Assembly (NCBI GenBank): GCA_037441845.1
Contig: JBBIRK010000003.1
Location: 160,001 to 224,000 of the forward strand
From: Candidatus Zixiibacteriota bacterium
GTDB taxonomy: Bacteria; Zixibacteria; MSB-5A5; UBA10806; 4484-95
DNA: 64,000 bases
Direction: 5' to 3'
Shown: in pieces, positions 46,678-57,080 of the stretch
Layout: each line of letters begins with the position of its first letter
Position numbering within the stretch: the first letter of the stretch is position 1
Program-made: the position numbers and the translations under genes
The notes under the pieces: model-generated
Told to the model about the DNA's origin: nothing
Databases searched by the model: none
The model's input: only the letters and a program-made list of their open reading frames with translations

Positions 46678-49600
46678 ATGGATGTTATCGATAACAGGTA
46701 TCACATAATCGAGCCGATCGGAGCCGGCGGAATCGGCCGGGTATTCAAAGTGCACGACTCGCTGACCGGCAAAATCCTCGCCTTGAAACTGCTTTCACCC
46801 CTGGCTGATTATCCGCTCGCCGACTTCAAAGAAGAATTCAAAATCCTCACCCAACTTCGCCATCCGTTCTTGATAAGGGTTTATGATTTCGGTGCGGATG
46901 AGCAGGGGAAAGCCTACTTCACCATGGATTTCGTCCCCGGCGGCGATATCGGCGCCCGCATCGAATCCCTCGATTTGATTGATTCGTTTCGCTATTCCCT
47001 GATGATTTTATCAGCCCTCGATTATATCCACTCGCGCGGGCTTCTGCATGGCGATCTCAAGCCGGCCAACATCATGTTCGACGGCGCCGGCAATATCAAG
47101 CTCGTCGATTTCGGTCTCGCCGTTCATTTCCGCGAGGAGACGATGCGCCGAAGATCCGGCACGCTCGAATATATTCCGCCCGAAGTGCTTGCCAAAGGAA
47201 AGCTGTCGGCGGCAAGCGACTTATACAGCTTTGCACTCATTTTGTATCAGATGCTTTATAAGAAACCTTTGATCGCGGGGACCACCAGCCAGATTTTATC
47301 GCGGAAGTTGGAAGGGACATTCGAATTACCCGTCATTTCCGAGGAAATGGGCGGCGATAAAATGCGGCGGTACCTAAGCAATCTGCTCGAATTGGAGGTG
47401 GAAAAAAGACCGCCTAACGCCGGTGAGGCCTCGAGGATGCTGAAAGCGGTTCTGCGGCCATTCATACGCGGCGGCACGGAAACGAGCCGCGCCTATTTCG
47501 AAAGGGCGCCGTTCTGCGATAGGCAGCTCGAATTCGCGAAATTAGTCGATGCTTTCTTTTCGCTGAAAGCAGGCAAAAGTTCATGCCTGGCCGTCCGCGG
47601 TGAACCCGGCGTGGGAAAATCCCGCTTGATCGAGCAATTCAAATATCATGTTCAAACCGAGGGCGGGGAATTTTATGAATCCGCCTGCACTTCCGATCAC
47701 GACCGCCCATTCGGTCCGATTTTGCCGATTCTGCGCCGATTGATCGAAAAACACGACCGCGAAAGAAAAATCCTCGACGATGTCGGTTATGAGATCAGGC
47801 GACTTTTCCCTGAATATTACGTTTCGAGTTATACCGAACCCGATCTGAAATCGGGCAGGCAACGGCTTATCGACAGCCTGACTCGATACTTTCTCGAAAT
47901 CTCCTGCAGGCAAAATCTGGTAATCGTCATCGAGGATATCGACCTCGCCGATGACTTGACATCCGAATTCGTCGCCGCCTTGGCCGCTCGTTTACGGGGC
48001 GATAGCGAGGCCGCCGAAGGTCGCGGAGGAATTTGCCTGGTGGTATCCTACCAGCGTTCCCCGAACTTCTCCGCGGAATCGGCCGAGGATTGTTTCGCTG
48101 TTATAGACTTGAGGCCCGCAGACGGGGACCTCTGGGACGCCTACCTCGAATCGTTGTTCGGAGGTCAATCGCCGCCGCCGGAATTTTCGGAAAAGTTGCG
48201 CCACGAAACCGGCGGCAACTTCCTGTTCGCCGAGGAATCCCTGAAAGTTCTGGCTGATGAGGGGATTTTGATCAGACATGCCGGCGGCTGGAAAATAAAT
48301 GCCGGTAAACTTGAACGTTTTCCGTTACCGCGGTCGGTTGTCGAGGCGGTTAAGCAGCGTATTGCGGGGCTTGAGCCGGGATTGCTCTTGATCGTTGAGA
48401 CGGCCGCCGTGCTTGAACCATCGATCGAAGGGGTTGATCTGCTCGAATTGGCCGGATTTCAGGGAGATGAAATAGCATTGCTCGATGAGCTCGTCAACGT
48501 CGGTATATTCGGCCGCACCGACGGAAAATTGCGGTTTCTGCACAACCAGATAAAAGATGCGGTTTATTCGCTCTTGCCTGCGAATAAAAAAACCGCTTTC
48601 CATGCAAGAGCGGCGGCCTACTACGAAAAAAGAGGGGCCGATCCCGAAATTCTCGCCCGTCATTTTCTGGCTGCCGGTGAGTATGGCCGGGCCTATGAGT
48701 TCCATTTGATAGCATCCAAAAGGGCGGCCGCGGTTTTCGCCTGGACACAAGCGATTCGCGGGTATGAACGGATATTGTGGATGCTGCCCAGATGGAAGGA
48801 TGCCCCCGCTGATGCTTTTTATATTGCCTTGAGCGGCGCGGGGCGGGCGATGATGTTCGTCGATCCCAAAAAGGCGTCGGATTATCTCGAGCGGGCCCTG
48901 GAGGTCTCTTCCAAGGCCGATGATGCCGCCCGCGCCTGCCTGACCGCAAAACTCGATCTGGCCGCCAATCGCCAGCATCTCGGAGATAACGATAAGTCGG
49001 TCAAACTTTACAACGAAGTCTTGGAGGACGCCCGTGGAATGCCGGATTTGCTGGCCGAGGCGAACCTGGGAATCGGTTTCGTGCTGAGCAAAATGGGGCG
49101 TCTCGACGATGCGGCGAAAGCGTATTTGAAAGCGCTCGACCTGTTCGTCGATAACCCGGAAAAACTCTGCCGGGTGCTGAGCAATCTCGGAATCATCTAC
49201 AAGCGCAAAGGGGATTTTGCCGGCGCCCTCGATTTCTACGGACGCGCCCTTGATGTTTGTCGGCGTTACGATTATAAATGGGCGGCTATGAATCTATACG
49301 GCAACATGGCCAATATATATACCGCAAAAGGGGAATTCCGAAAAGCTCTCGAATCGTATCGAGAATCTCTCGAACTAAGCCGCAAAGTTTCGGATAGAAG
49401 AATCGAGGGAATCAATCTGCTCAATATAGGCCATCTGCATTCTCTTTTGGGTGGAATGAACGAGGCGATCGATCATTTTCTCAAAGCATTGCGAATTCAA
49501 AAAGCCGTGGGAGATAAAGGCAGTCAGGCTATCACTTATAACAATCTCGGCCAGGTATGCCTGAGCCTCGGCCAATACAAAAGCGCTCTCGATTATTACG

Positions 49601-51855
49601 AGAAAGGAAGATCGCTCGGCCGCCAGATAAAAGAACCCCGGATCGAGCTCGCCAATCTTCGGGGCTTGGCCGATACGTTTTTAGTTCTGGGCGACCTTGA
49701 GGAAGCGTCCGAAAGGGGAAATCAAGCATTGAAACTTGCCGAAACCATAGGCGATCAAGAGCAAAAGTCCTGGAGCGAAATTTTGCTTGCCGAAATCGAT
49801 TACGAGCGGGGAAATAAGGCCGCCTGCTCGGAAAGAATAGGCGAAATATTCGCGGCGGAACCGAGCGATTCGGAACTTCGTGCCCGCTGCCTTTTGATGC
49901 AAACGAGGATGGAAATCGAAAGCGGCAACCTGGTCAAGGCGGAAAGTTGCCTGCGCGAACTGTCGACGACCGACCTGCCTGCGGTGTCAAAGGCCGCCCT
50001 TTACTACTTTAAGGCGCTTTTTCTACTCAAACCGGAACAATCGGGACCGAGTCTGCAAAGCGCCGAGAATGAGTTGCGCAAATCGATAGCTTTTGCGGAA
50101 AAGCATGGTCCTGCCAAACTCCGCCCGTCGGCCTGGATCCTGCTGGCCGGCATAAAAAAATTATCGGGAAGAGACGGCGGCAAAGAGCTGGAAAAGGCGC
50201 AAACGCTTGCCGATGGATTCTGCGCGGGATTGCCCGAAAAGCTCAAGCGGAGTTTTCAGGCCGCTTTGAAACTTGAAACGGGGGAGGATATCCCCGGAAA
50301 GGCGAAAGCAGTGGAAAAAAGCAGTCGGGAAAAGCGGTTGGAGACGCTATTGGAGGTATCGAAATCGATTAATTCCATTCTCGAGCTGGATCCGCTCTTG
50401 AATCGAGTGATGGATCTGCTATTGGAGAATCTCGAAGGCGAACGCGGCTTCATAATGCTCAAGGAGAACGCCGGCGGTTTCGAGCCGGTGGTCGCCCGCA
50501 ATATCGATAAGGAAAATATACTCGGCGAGTTGACCATCTCCAAATCGACCATTGATGACGTCTTTCAGTCGGGGAAACCCTTGATAATGAATCGCGCTCC
50601 CGATGAGTTGAGCGATCGTGAATCGGTGGTCGATTTCAATATCCTATCGATAATGTGCGCGCCGCTTATCGTGCGCGACCAACCGATAGGCATAGTGTAT
50701 ATCGACAATCGTTTCGGCGGCAGAGCATTCGATAAGGAAGATCTCGATTTTCTGCTCGGATTCTGCAACCTCGCTTCGATCGCTATAGAAAACGCAAGAC
50801 TTACGACCAATCTTTCCGCGCGCAATTTGTATCTTCAGAAACAGATAGAAAAAGCCTCCGGATTCGGCAACATCATCGGCAGGTCTTCGGCAATGCAAAA
50901 AGTTTTTCGAATGGCGGAGGCGGTCGCCGCCACCGAAGCCACGGTGGTTTTGACCGGCGAATCCGGAACGGGCAAGGAGATTCTCGCCAGAGCCATACAT
51001 TTTTCGGGGCCGCGCAAAAACGGCCGCTTTATCCCGGTCGATTGCGGAGCTCTGCCCGAAACTTTGCTCGAAACCGAATTGTTCGGCCATAAAAAAGGAG
51101 CCTTCACCGGCGCCGTGGCCGATCGTCCCGGGCTTTTCGAGGAGGCCGACGGCGGCACCATTTTTCTCGACGAAATCACCAACACCACGCAGAATTTCCA
51201 AGTGAAACTTCTCCGGGTTATTCAAGAAGGTGAATTCAGGCGTGTGGGAGAATCCAGGGGACGCAAGGTTAATGTGCGCATAATCTCGGCGACCAACAAA
51301 GATCTCGCGGGAGAAGTCAAAGCCGGCAGGTTCAGGGAAGATCTTTACTATCGCCTGAATGTCGTCAATATCCATATCCCGGCCCTGCGGGAACGCAAAG
51401 AGGATATACCAATTTTGGCCGAGTATTTTCTCGACAACATCTGTCGTAAGATGAAAATCCCCAAGAAAAATATAAGCTCGAGGGCTATCGATTATTTATC
51501 CAATTACCGCTGGCCGGGTAATGTCAGGCAGCTGGAGAACGTCATCGAGAGGATGGTCATTTTCGCAAAATCCGGAACGATCGACGTTGCAGATCTACCG
51601 CAGGAGGTCCGCTCGATTCTCGATAATGTTTCCGCCGAAAATAAAGCGCAGTTTACCATTCCCAAATCGAAAGTCGAGCTTAAAACGGCCAAAGCCCAGC
51701 TGGATAAGTTGTTTATCGCCGCGATAATCGAACAGGCGGGCGGCAATATAATGCAGGCGGCAAGGTTATCCGGTATGGACCGCACGCAGTTGCATCACAT
51801 GTTGAATAAACTCAAAATCGACGTGGATAAATACAGAAATAAGGAAAAAGATTGA
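46678..51855 (+). CDS. Multidomain Ser/Thr kinase - STAND-type (AAA_16) ATPase - TPR - GAF - sigma54 activator - HTH protein
   Basis: Kinase GAGGIG/ALK/HGDLKPAN/DFG; ATPase GEPGVGKS and IVIEDID; TPR repeats NLG..Y...G; GAF; GESGTGKE, GAFTGA, WPGNVRQL and a Fis-like HTH. ATG at 46678 preferred. Confidence 0.9.
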   Translation: MDVIDNRYHIIEPIGAGGIGRVFKVHDSLTGKILALKLLSPLADYPLADFKEEFKILTQLRHPFLIRVYDFGADEQGKAYFTMDFVPGGDIGARIESLDLIDSFRYSLMILSALDYIHSRGLLHGDLKPANIMFDGAGNIKLVDFGLAVHFREETMRRRSGTLEYIPPEVLAKGKLSAASDLYSFALILYQMLYKKPLIAGTTSQILSRKLEGTFELPVISEEMGGDKMRRYLSNLLELEVEKRPPNAGEASRMLKAVLRPFIRGGTETSRAYFERAPFCDRQLEFAKLVDAFFSLKAGKSSCLAVRGEPGVGKSRLIEQFKYHVQTEGGEFYESACTSDHDRPFGPILPILRRLIEKHDRERKILDDVGYEIRRLFPEYYVSSYTEPDLKSGRQRLIDSLTRYFLEISCRQNLVIVIEDIDLADDLTSEFVAALAARLRGDSEAAEGRGGICLVVSYQRSPNFSAESAEDCFAVIDLRPADGDLWDAYLESLFGGQSPPPEFSEKLRHETGGNFLFAEESLKVLADEGILIRHAGGWKINAGKLERFPLPRSVVEAVKQRIAGLEPGLLLIVETAAVLEPSIEGVDLLELAGFQGDEIALLDELVNVGIFGRTDGKLRFLHNQIKDAVYSLLPANKKTAFHARAAAYYEKRGADPEILARHFLAAGEYGRAYEFHLIASKRAAAVFAWTQAIRGYERILWMLPRWKDAPADAFYIALSGAGRAMMFVDPKKASDYLERALEVSSKADDAARACLTAKLDLAANRQHLGDNDKSVKLYNEVLEDARGMPDLLAEANLGIGFVLSKMGRLDDAAKAYLKALDLFVDNPEKLCRVLSNLGIIYKRKGDFAGALDFYGRALDVCRRYDYKWAAMNLYGNMANIYTAKGEFRKALESYRESLELSRKVSDRRIEGINLLNIGHLHSLLGGMNEAIDHFLKALRIQKAVGDKGSQAITYNNLGQVCLSLGQYKSALDYYEKGRSLGRQIKEPRIELANLRGLADTFLVLGDLEEASERGNQALKLAETIGDQEQKSWSEILLAEIDYERGNKAACSERIGEIFAAEPSDSELRARCLLMQTRMEIESGNLVKAESCLRELSTTDLPAVSKAALYYFKALFLLKPEQSGPSLQSAENELRKSIAFAEKHGPAKLRPSAWILLAGIKKLSGRDGGKELEKAQTLADGFCAGLPEKLKRSFQAALKLETGEDIPGKAKAVEKSSREKRLETLLEVSKSINSILELDPLLNRVMDLLLENLEGERGFIMLKENAGGFEPVVARNIDKENILGELTISKSTIDDVFQSGKPLIMNRAPDELSDRESVVDFNILSIMCAPLIVRDQPIGIVYIDNRFGGRAFDKEDLDFLLGFCNLASIAIENARLTTNLSARNLYLQKQIEKASGFGNIIGRSSAMQKVFRMAEAVAATEATVVLTGESGTGKEILARAIHFSGPRKNGRFIPVDCGALPETLLETELFGHKKGAFTGAVADRPGLFEEADGGTIFLDEITNTTQNFQVKLLRVIQEGEFRRVGESRGRKVNVRIISATNKDLAGEVKAGRFREDLYYRLNVVNIHIPALRERKEDIPILAEYFLDNICRKMKIPKKNISSRAIDYLSNYRWPGNVRQLENVIERMVIFAKSGTIDVADLPQEVRSILDNVSAENKAQFTIPKSKVELKTAKAQLDKLFIAAIIEQAGGNIMQAARLSGMDRTQLHHMLNKLKIDVDKYRNKEKD

Positions 51856-51947
51856 TTCACAGGAATTTTTGGTGGATTGTAGTTGTAATAATTATGTAAA
51901 AAATGCTTGAATTGTGGGAGCATTATATTATATTTTTATTGAAAATT

Positions 51948-53843
51948 ATGCCACGGCTTGAAAAATTGAAAGTGGTATTTTGGGCCTGTTTGATGGCGCT
52001 ATCGGCGGCGTTGCCCGGTTTCGATACTGCTTTGGCCGTCTCCATACCGCCAAATAGCTCAACGATAATGGGCATTGTCCGCTCCGAGACCGAGCCGATC
52101 CCCGGAGCGGAATTGACCATATGCGATACCCTGTCTTCCGTGTTATTGAATATTCGGGCGGATAACGCCGGTGAATTCAACGTTTCCCTGCCTGCCGGAA
52201 GATATTACCTGTCTGCTGAAGCGCCTGGCTATATCAAGCGATTTTACGACAATGCTTATCTTGCCGAAAATCGATCCTGCCTTGTCGTTTATCCCCAGCA
52301 AATTCTCGTCTTGAATCTCCAGCTCGAACGTGGGGGTTCGATTTCGGGAAGAATTCATTCCGAAGAAACGGCGGCGGTAGAATTTCTGATAAGCGCGGTG
52401 AAAATCGACGCCCCTTATGCGGGCTGGCGCAAGGATGAATATTTCTCGATAGCCGGTTCCGGCAATTATCTGATCGATGGGTTAATCCCCGGCCATTACA
52501 AAATTTTCGTGCGTGGCGCCGGTTACCTGACGGAGTTTTATCCCGATGCCCATTCGTTCGAAGCGGCCGGGATTATTCAGGTGTCTGCCGGTATGGTATC
52601 GTATGGAGTCGATTTTTCATTGATTCAACCCGGCAGCGGCATTTTGCGCGGTCGGGTGGTCGATATCGGCACGGGTTCGCCTCTTGGAAATATCAATCTT
52701 ATGGCCTATCAATGGGACCCAGATGGGGAGGACCCTTGCAAAGAGTTTACGTTTAGCGACCAGAACGGTTATTACGAGTTCGAATTGACCGCAGGTTCTT
52801 ACTATGTGATGGCCTCGATTAACGATTGCATGTTTCCGGCCGACTATTACCGCGTCTTTTATAATCACAGATACAGCCCTCAGTTGGCCGATTTGATACG
52901 TATCGATCCGGGCACTGTTACCGAGGGGATTAATCTCACCGTCAATTCGGATGTGAATCACCATCTTGAAATGTCGGGGATATTGACGGATAGAACCGGC
53001 CGGCGGGGGATAAGCGGCGCCTCGATCACGGCAATCGACGTTTTTACCGGTCACGCGATTTCCCGAGCAATCAGCCTTCCCAGCGGCGATTTCACGATCA
53101 AGAATTTGATCTCAGGCCACTATATCCTCGAAATTAGCGGACCGGGCTTGATTCCCAGCTACTGGCCGCAAGCCATAAGCTGGCAATCGGCGGACGTGTT
53201 GGAAATGGCTGGATCGAACCTTGAGCTTTACAATGGCGGCGCCATTACTCAGGATTACGGCACCCCCGGCATGCTGATCGCCGGCAAGGTCGTCGGTCCT
53301 TCCGGGCCGTTAGCCGGCGTACGTGTTTACGCGGTCTCGATAAGCTCCGATTTGATAAGCTATGCCGTTACCGATCAGGGCGGCAACTATTCGATCGCCT
53401 CAGGCCTTACGGAAGGTATCTACAGGGTATTTGCGGACCTATACGGCTACGTCGGCGCCTATTACAACGGAATTATAATCTTGGATTTATTGCAATCTCC
53501 ACGTCATGAAAATATCGATATCACTCTTTCGCCCGCGGTTCACTCGGTCCCAGACGATATTCCGGAAAAGCCGACCGCCTTTCGTTTGGCCGGAAACTAC
53601 CCCAATCCGTTCAATTCAAGTACCTCGATAATGATTTACGCCGAGCGGGCAGGAATAGCGGAGTTGTCGGTATATGACATCGCCGGCCGCAAGGTCCGAA
53701 ACCTGAATAGCCGTTTGGACGCCGGTTTGAATGAAATATCATGGGATGGCAAAGACGAAAGCGGCGATAAGGTGGCGTCAGGCATATACTTCTACAAAGT
53801 CTCCGGAGACGATACAGCCAAAACCATGCTGTTGCTCAAATAG
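51948..53843 (+). CDS. Secreted protein with repeated carboxypeptidase-regulatory-like domains and a FlgD/T9SS-type C-terminal domain
   Basis: Signal peptide; repeated G.I.G.V...G.Y....L..G.Y units; NYPNPFN...YDIAGRKV...WDGKD..G..VASGIYFY...KTMLLLK. Confidence 0.8.
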   Translation: MPRLEKLKVVFWACLMALSAALPGFDTALAVSIPPNSSTIMGIVRSETEPIPGAELTICDTLSSVLLNIRADNAGEFNVSLPAGRYYLSAEAPGYIKRFYDNAYLAENRSCLVVYPQQILVLNLQLERGGSISGRIHSEETAAVEFLISAVKIDAPYAGWRKDEYFSIAGSGNYLIDGLIPGHYKIFVRGAGYLTEFYPDAHSFEAAGIIQVSAGMVSYGVDFSLIQPGSGILRGRVVDIGTGSPLGNINLMAYQWDPDGEDPCKEFTFSDQNGYYEFELTAGSYYVMASINDCMFPADYYRVFYNHRYSPQLADLIRIDPGTVTEGINLTVNSDVNHHLEMSGILTDRTGRRGISGASITAIDVFTGHAISRAISLPSGDFTIKNLISGHYILEISGPGLIPSYWPQAISWQSADVLEMAGSNLELYNGGAITQDYGTPGMLIAGKVVGPSGPLAGVRVYAVSISSDLISYAVTDQGGNYSIASGLTEGIYRVFADLYGYVGAYYNGIIILDLLQSPRHENIDITLSPAVHSVPDDIPEKPTAFRLAGNYPNPFNSSTSIMIYAERAGIAELSVYDIAGRKVRNLNSRLDAGLNEISWDGKDESGDKVASGIYFYKVSGDDTAKTMLLLK

Positions 53844-54070
53844 GGGGTGCGCAAGTCGACGTCTGACAGGGGTTAGCCTCGTTCAGTGATAATCGGACAC
53901 AATTGCATTGCGAAGAATTGCAATCGACAGCGATTAAGATGCAAAACCTGGTAACCATGTGTCTAATCAGTCAACGCCGCAATGACTTGCATTGCCGGAT
54001 GAAAACCAAACCGATAAATCCCATATCGCCGTGATTGAACTTATTAGCAGGTAAAAGCTTAGGCGAATTT

Positions 54071-54086
54071 GGGCATATAATTTGCT
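54071..54086 (+). promoter_or_regulatory. Putative sigma54 promoter
   Basis: GGGCATA-TAAT-TTGCT with correct GG/GC spacing, 26 bp before the GTG at 54112. Confidence 0.55.
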
Positions 54087-54111
54087 TTACCTGCGGGTAG
54101 TTGTTTGACAA

Positions 54112-54933
54112 GTGAATAGATTCAGATTCATTAACGACCAAAGCCATTGCGGGCCGTGCAATATGGCGATCGACAACTTCCTGGCGAAATCTGTTTGCTT
54201 TTCCCCCTACACACTGATTCTCCGAACATATAAATGGTCCAACCCCGCGCTGAGTTGCGGCTACCACCAGAAAACCGAAACGAGAATCGATTTCGATTCC
54301 TGCTCCGAATACGGGGTCGAGGTCGTCAGAAGACCCACCGGAGGTCGAGAGTTGTTGCACGACGGCGATCTCAGCTTTAGTATTTCGATCAGAAAAGATC
54401 AAAACGGCACGACCGATGGCGAGTATTTCGGAATCGCCGCCGAGTTGATCGCAGGTTGTCTTGGGAGGTTCGGTCTTCGATGCGAAATCAAAGGCCGCGC
54501 CCGCAAGGGGCATTCAGTCATCTCGGGTCCCTGCATGATCTCCGCCTCAGAACGGGAAATCACGGTCGGCGGTAAAAAAATAGCCCCGATGGCGCAGAGG
54601 GTATTTCGTGATTCGATTCTAATCCATGGATCGATTCCCCTTGCGAAGTCATCGATACCGATTTCGAAATTGCTTATATCGAACGATCGCGAATTTCTCG
54701 AAAAAATGATTGAAAGAGGATCGACTGACTTGCAATCGGCTGCCGGGAGATTCATCACGCCGGATCTTCTGGCCGGCGCTCTCCGCGATACCTTTCGGCG
54801 GTCACTCGGTTGTGATGAGGACGAAACCCAAATCGCAGCCGACGAACTGACGATGGCTTTGGCGGATATTGAAAATTGGAAAATTGAGCAAGATAATAAA
54901 TTGAAAAATGCGGAGAAACGGGAGGTGATTTAG
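54112..54933 (+). CDS. Lipoate-protein ligase A / octanoyltransferase family protein
   Basis: NMAID, LRTYKW..PALSCGYHQ, VVRRPTGGRELLH, GKKI..AQR and IHGSI. Confidence 0.85.
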   Translation: MNRFRFINDQSHCGPCNMAIDNFLAKSVCFSPYTLILRTYKWSNPALSCGYHQKTETRIDFDSCSEYGVEVVRRPTGGRELLHDGDLSFSISIRKDQNGTTDGEYFGIAAELIAGCLGRFGLRCEIKGRARKGHSVISGPCMISASEREITVGGKKIAPMAQRVFRDSILIHGSIPLAKSSIPISKLLISNDREFLEKMIERGSTDLQSAAGRFITPDLLAGALRDTFRRSLGCDEDETQIAADELTMALADIENWKIEQDNKLKNAEKREVI

Positions 54934-54987
54934 AACTAATTTTCGAATGCTACTGTTTTATTAATTTTAACCAAAGAGGAGTTCAAA

Positions 54988-56766
54988 ATGACCAAAAAAA
55001 TCTTAGTCTACACCCTGTTGGCGGTTTTTGTTATTTCCGCCGCGGCTTTTGGCACAACCGCCAAGACGATGCCGATCAGGAAAGACAGATTGATCATGGG
55101 CGATGAGCCGCTGCCGCCAGGTCCGGTCTATCCCTACTATCCGGGAACTATTACGAATTCGCCGGGTGTGGAAGTCGGCACTACCCATTACGATTATCAG
55201 ACGAACGGGTCATCCGGAAATAGAGTGGCTCTTTGTAATGATGGATCCAAGTACGTTCTCTGGATGAACGGATTGAATTACCCATCACCAAGGCACGTTT
55301 ATTTCAACTGGGTTGACAATCAGGGTAACTGGTACGGTGAAGGAGGCGGCCAAGTTAATAGGGATGTCGGCGCCGGATATTGCAATCTCGATATTATTTA
55401 CGGCAATCGCGCCGCCGCAGCTTACCATTCGGCTTCTGCGGGGAATCCTCCGACATATTCAACTTTGGCAATAGATAGCGATCCTCCGGGATTCGGTGTC
55501 TGGGCCTATTACAACCCGCCCGATTCGCTTTCCGGCAATCGCCGCACGTATTGGCCCTACATAGCTGTCGATAGAAACAACCGGATTCATTACGTAATGA
55601 CCGAAAGCACTCCGGCGGCCGGTGACCCACAGCGTTTCGTTTATACTCGTTCGACCAATGGCGGAACCACCTGGTCGCCCAATCCACCCGCATTTATCGA
55701 CACCGTGATGGTTATCGGCGGTGTCATCGATGCCTCGCCCGTTTCCGACAAGGTGGTCATTGCCTATCCCAAAACGCAGGACACCAGCACACAATGGTAT
55801 AACGACATCGTTTATATCCTTTCCAACGACGGCATCAACTGGAATTTCAACGACAAGGTCAATGTCACCAACTACAATACCGATAACGACTCTTTGTGGG
55901 CTTATACCGATTGCGACGTCATTTTCGACTACAACGACAATATCCACATAATCTGGACCGCCCAGTGGGTTACCTCCGAAGGTATCTATTATAAAACTTT
56001 CCTTTTGCATTACAACAGCGGAACCCAACAGATCCACCAAGTTTGCAATCCCTGGCCGGATTCGCTCTGGCTGGGCGGAGGCTGTGATTTTGGCGCCTGG
56101 AACAGGCCGATGTCGAAAATGAACCTGGGTGTTTACAGCGATGGCAGCCTTAACGGCATATTCGCCACCTGGACACAGTTCGACACCTCGGATTGCTCCG
56201 AGGGCGGCTATGCAAATGGCGAATTGTATATGGCTTATACCATTAATGGCGGCCAAACTTGGAGTGCGCCGGTGAATCTTACCAATTCGCACACCCCTGG
56301 CTGTTTCGCCGGTGAATGCGACAGCGATCACTGGTCAACTTTGGCCGACAAAGTCACCGACAGCCTGCGCATCATTTACATAAACGACAAAGACGCCGGC
56401 GGCATCCCGCAGACCGAGGGCTCCAATACCGAGAACCCGGTGATGTATCTTGCCTATCGCAATCCGCTATTAAGCTCGATTGAAAACGAAAGCGCCCGTC
56501 CGACCAATTTCTCTTTGGAGCAGAATTATCCCAATCCGTTCAACGCCAGAACGGTAATCGCGTTCCAGTTGAAAGAAGCAAGCCCGGTCAAGCTCGAGGT
56601 ATTCGATATCACCGGCGCCAGAGTGGAAACGCTTGTCGATAGAGAGTTATCCGCCGGTTCCCATCAGTTCATCTGGAACGCCTCCAAGGTGGCGTCAGGT
56701 GTCTATTACTACAAACTGACATCGGGCGACGTTTCGGAGACCAAACAGATGGTGCTGATGAAATAA
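54988..56766 (+). CDS. Secreted Asp-box-containing protein with a T9SS-type C-terminal domain (paralogue 1)
   Basis: Signal peptide; STNGGTTW; QNYPNPFN...ASGVYYYKL...KQMVLMK; strong SD AAAGAGGAG. Confidence 0.85.
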   Translation: MTKKILVYTLLAVFVISAAAFGTTAKTMPIRKDRLIMGDEPLPPGPVYPYYPGTITNSPGVEVGTTHYDYQTNGSSGNRVALCNDGSKYVLWMNGLNYPSPRHVYFNWVDNQGNWYGEGGGQVNRDVGAGYCNLDIIYGNRAAAAYHSASAGNPPTYSTLAIDSDPPGFGVWAYYNPPDSLSGNRRTYWPYIAVDRNNRIHYVMTESTPAAGDPQRFVYTRSTNGGTTWSPNPPAFIDTVMVIGGVIDASPVSDKVVIAYPKTQDTSTQWYNDIVYILSNDGINWNFNDKVNVTNYNTDNDSLWAYTDCDVIFDYNDNIHIIWTAQWVTSEGIYYKTFLLHYNSGTQQIHQVCNPWPDSLWLGGGCDFGAWNRPMSKMNLGVYSDGSLNGIFATWTQFDTSDCSEGGYANGELYMAYTINGGQTWSAPVNLTNSHTPGCFAGECDSDHWSTLADKVTDSLRIIYINDKDAGGIPQTEGSNTENPVMYLAYRNPLLSSIENESARPTNFSLEQNYPNPFNARTVIAFQLKEASPVKLEVFDITGARVETLVDRELSAGSHQFIWNASKVASGVYYYKLTSGDVSETKQMVLMK

Positions 56767-56797
56767 GTATCGCGGGTTACGGAATTCCTTGGATATT

Positions 56798-56831
56798 ACG
56801 GCGGTCGGCTCTCAGCCGGCCGTCGTTTTTT
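56798..56831 (+). terminator. Rho-independent terminator
   Basis: ACGGCGGTCGGCT-CTC-AGCCGGCCGTCGT followed by a T-run. Confidence 0.85.
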
Positions 56832-57080
56832 ATTTACCTTATTCTGCATATAGTCGCTCCCCGGCCGGGAGGTACTAACGAAAAATCTTTGTTGCTCAAT
56901 ATCGTGACCCTCATTATAATATACACAGAACAGTCGTTTTTTATTGACAAGGACAAGACTTATTCGTTCGAGAGGGCCTTAGGGCGATTAGTATGCGGAT
57001 AATCGCCTATAGTCGGCCGCAAAGGTCACTGAATGGTCTATTTCAGCGTCATGGGAAAATACGAAAAATAGGGGGTGTTA

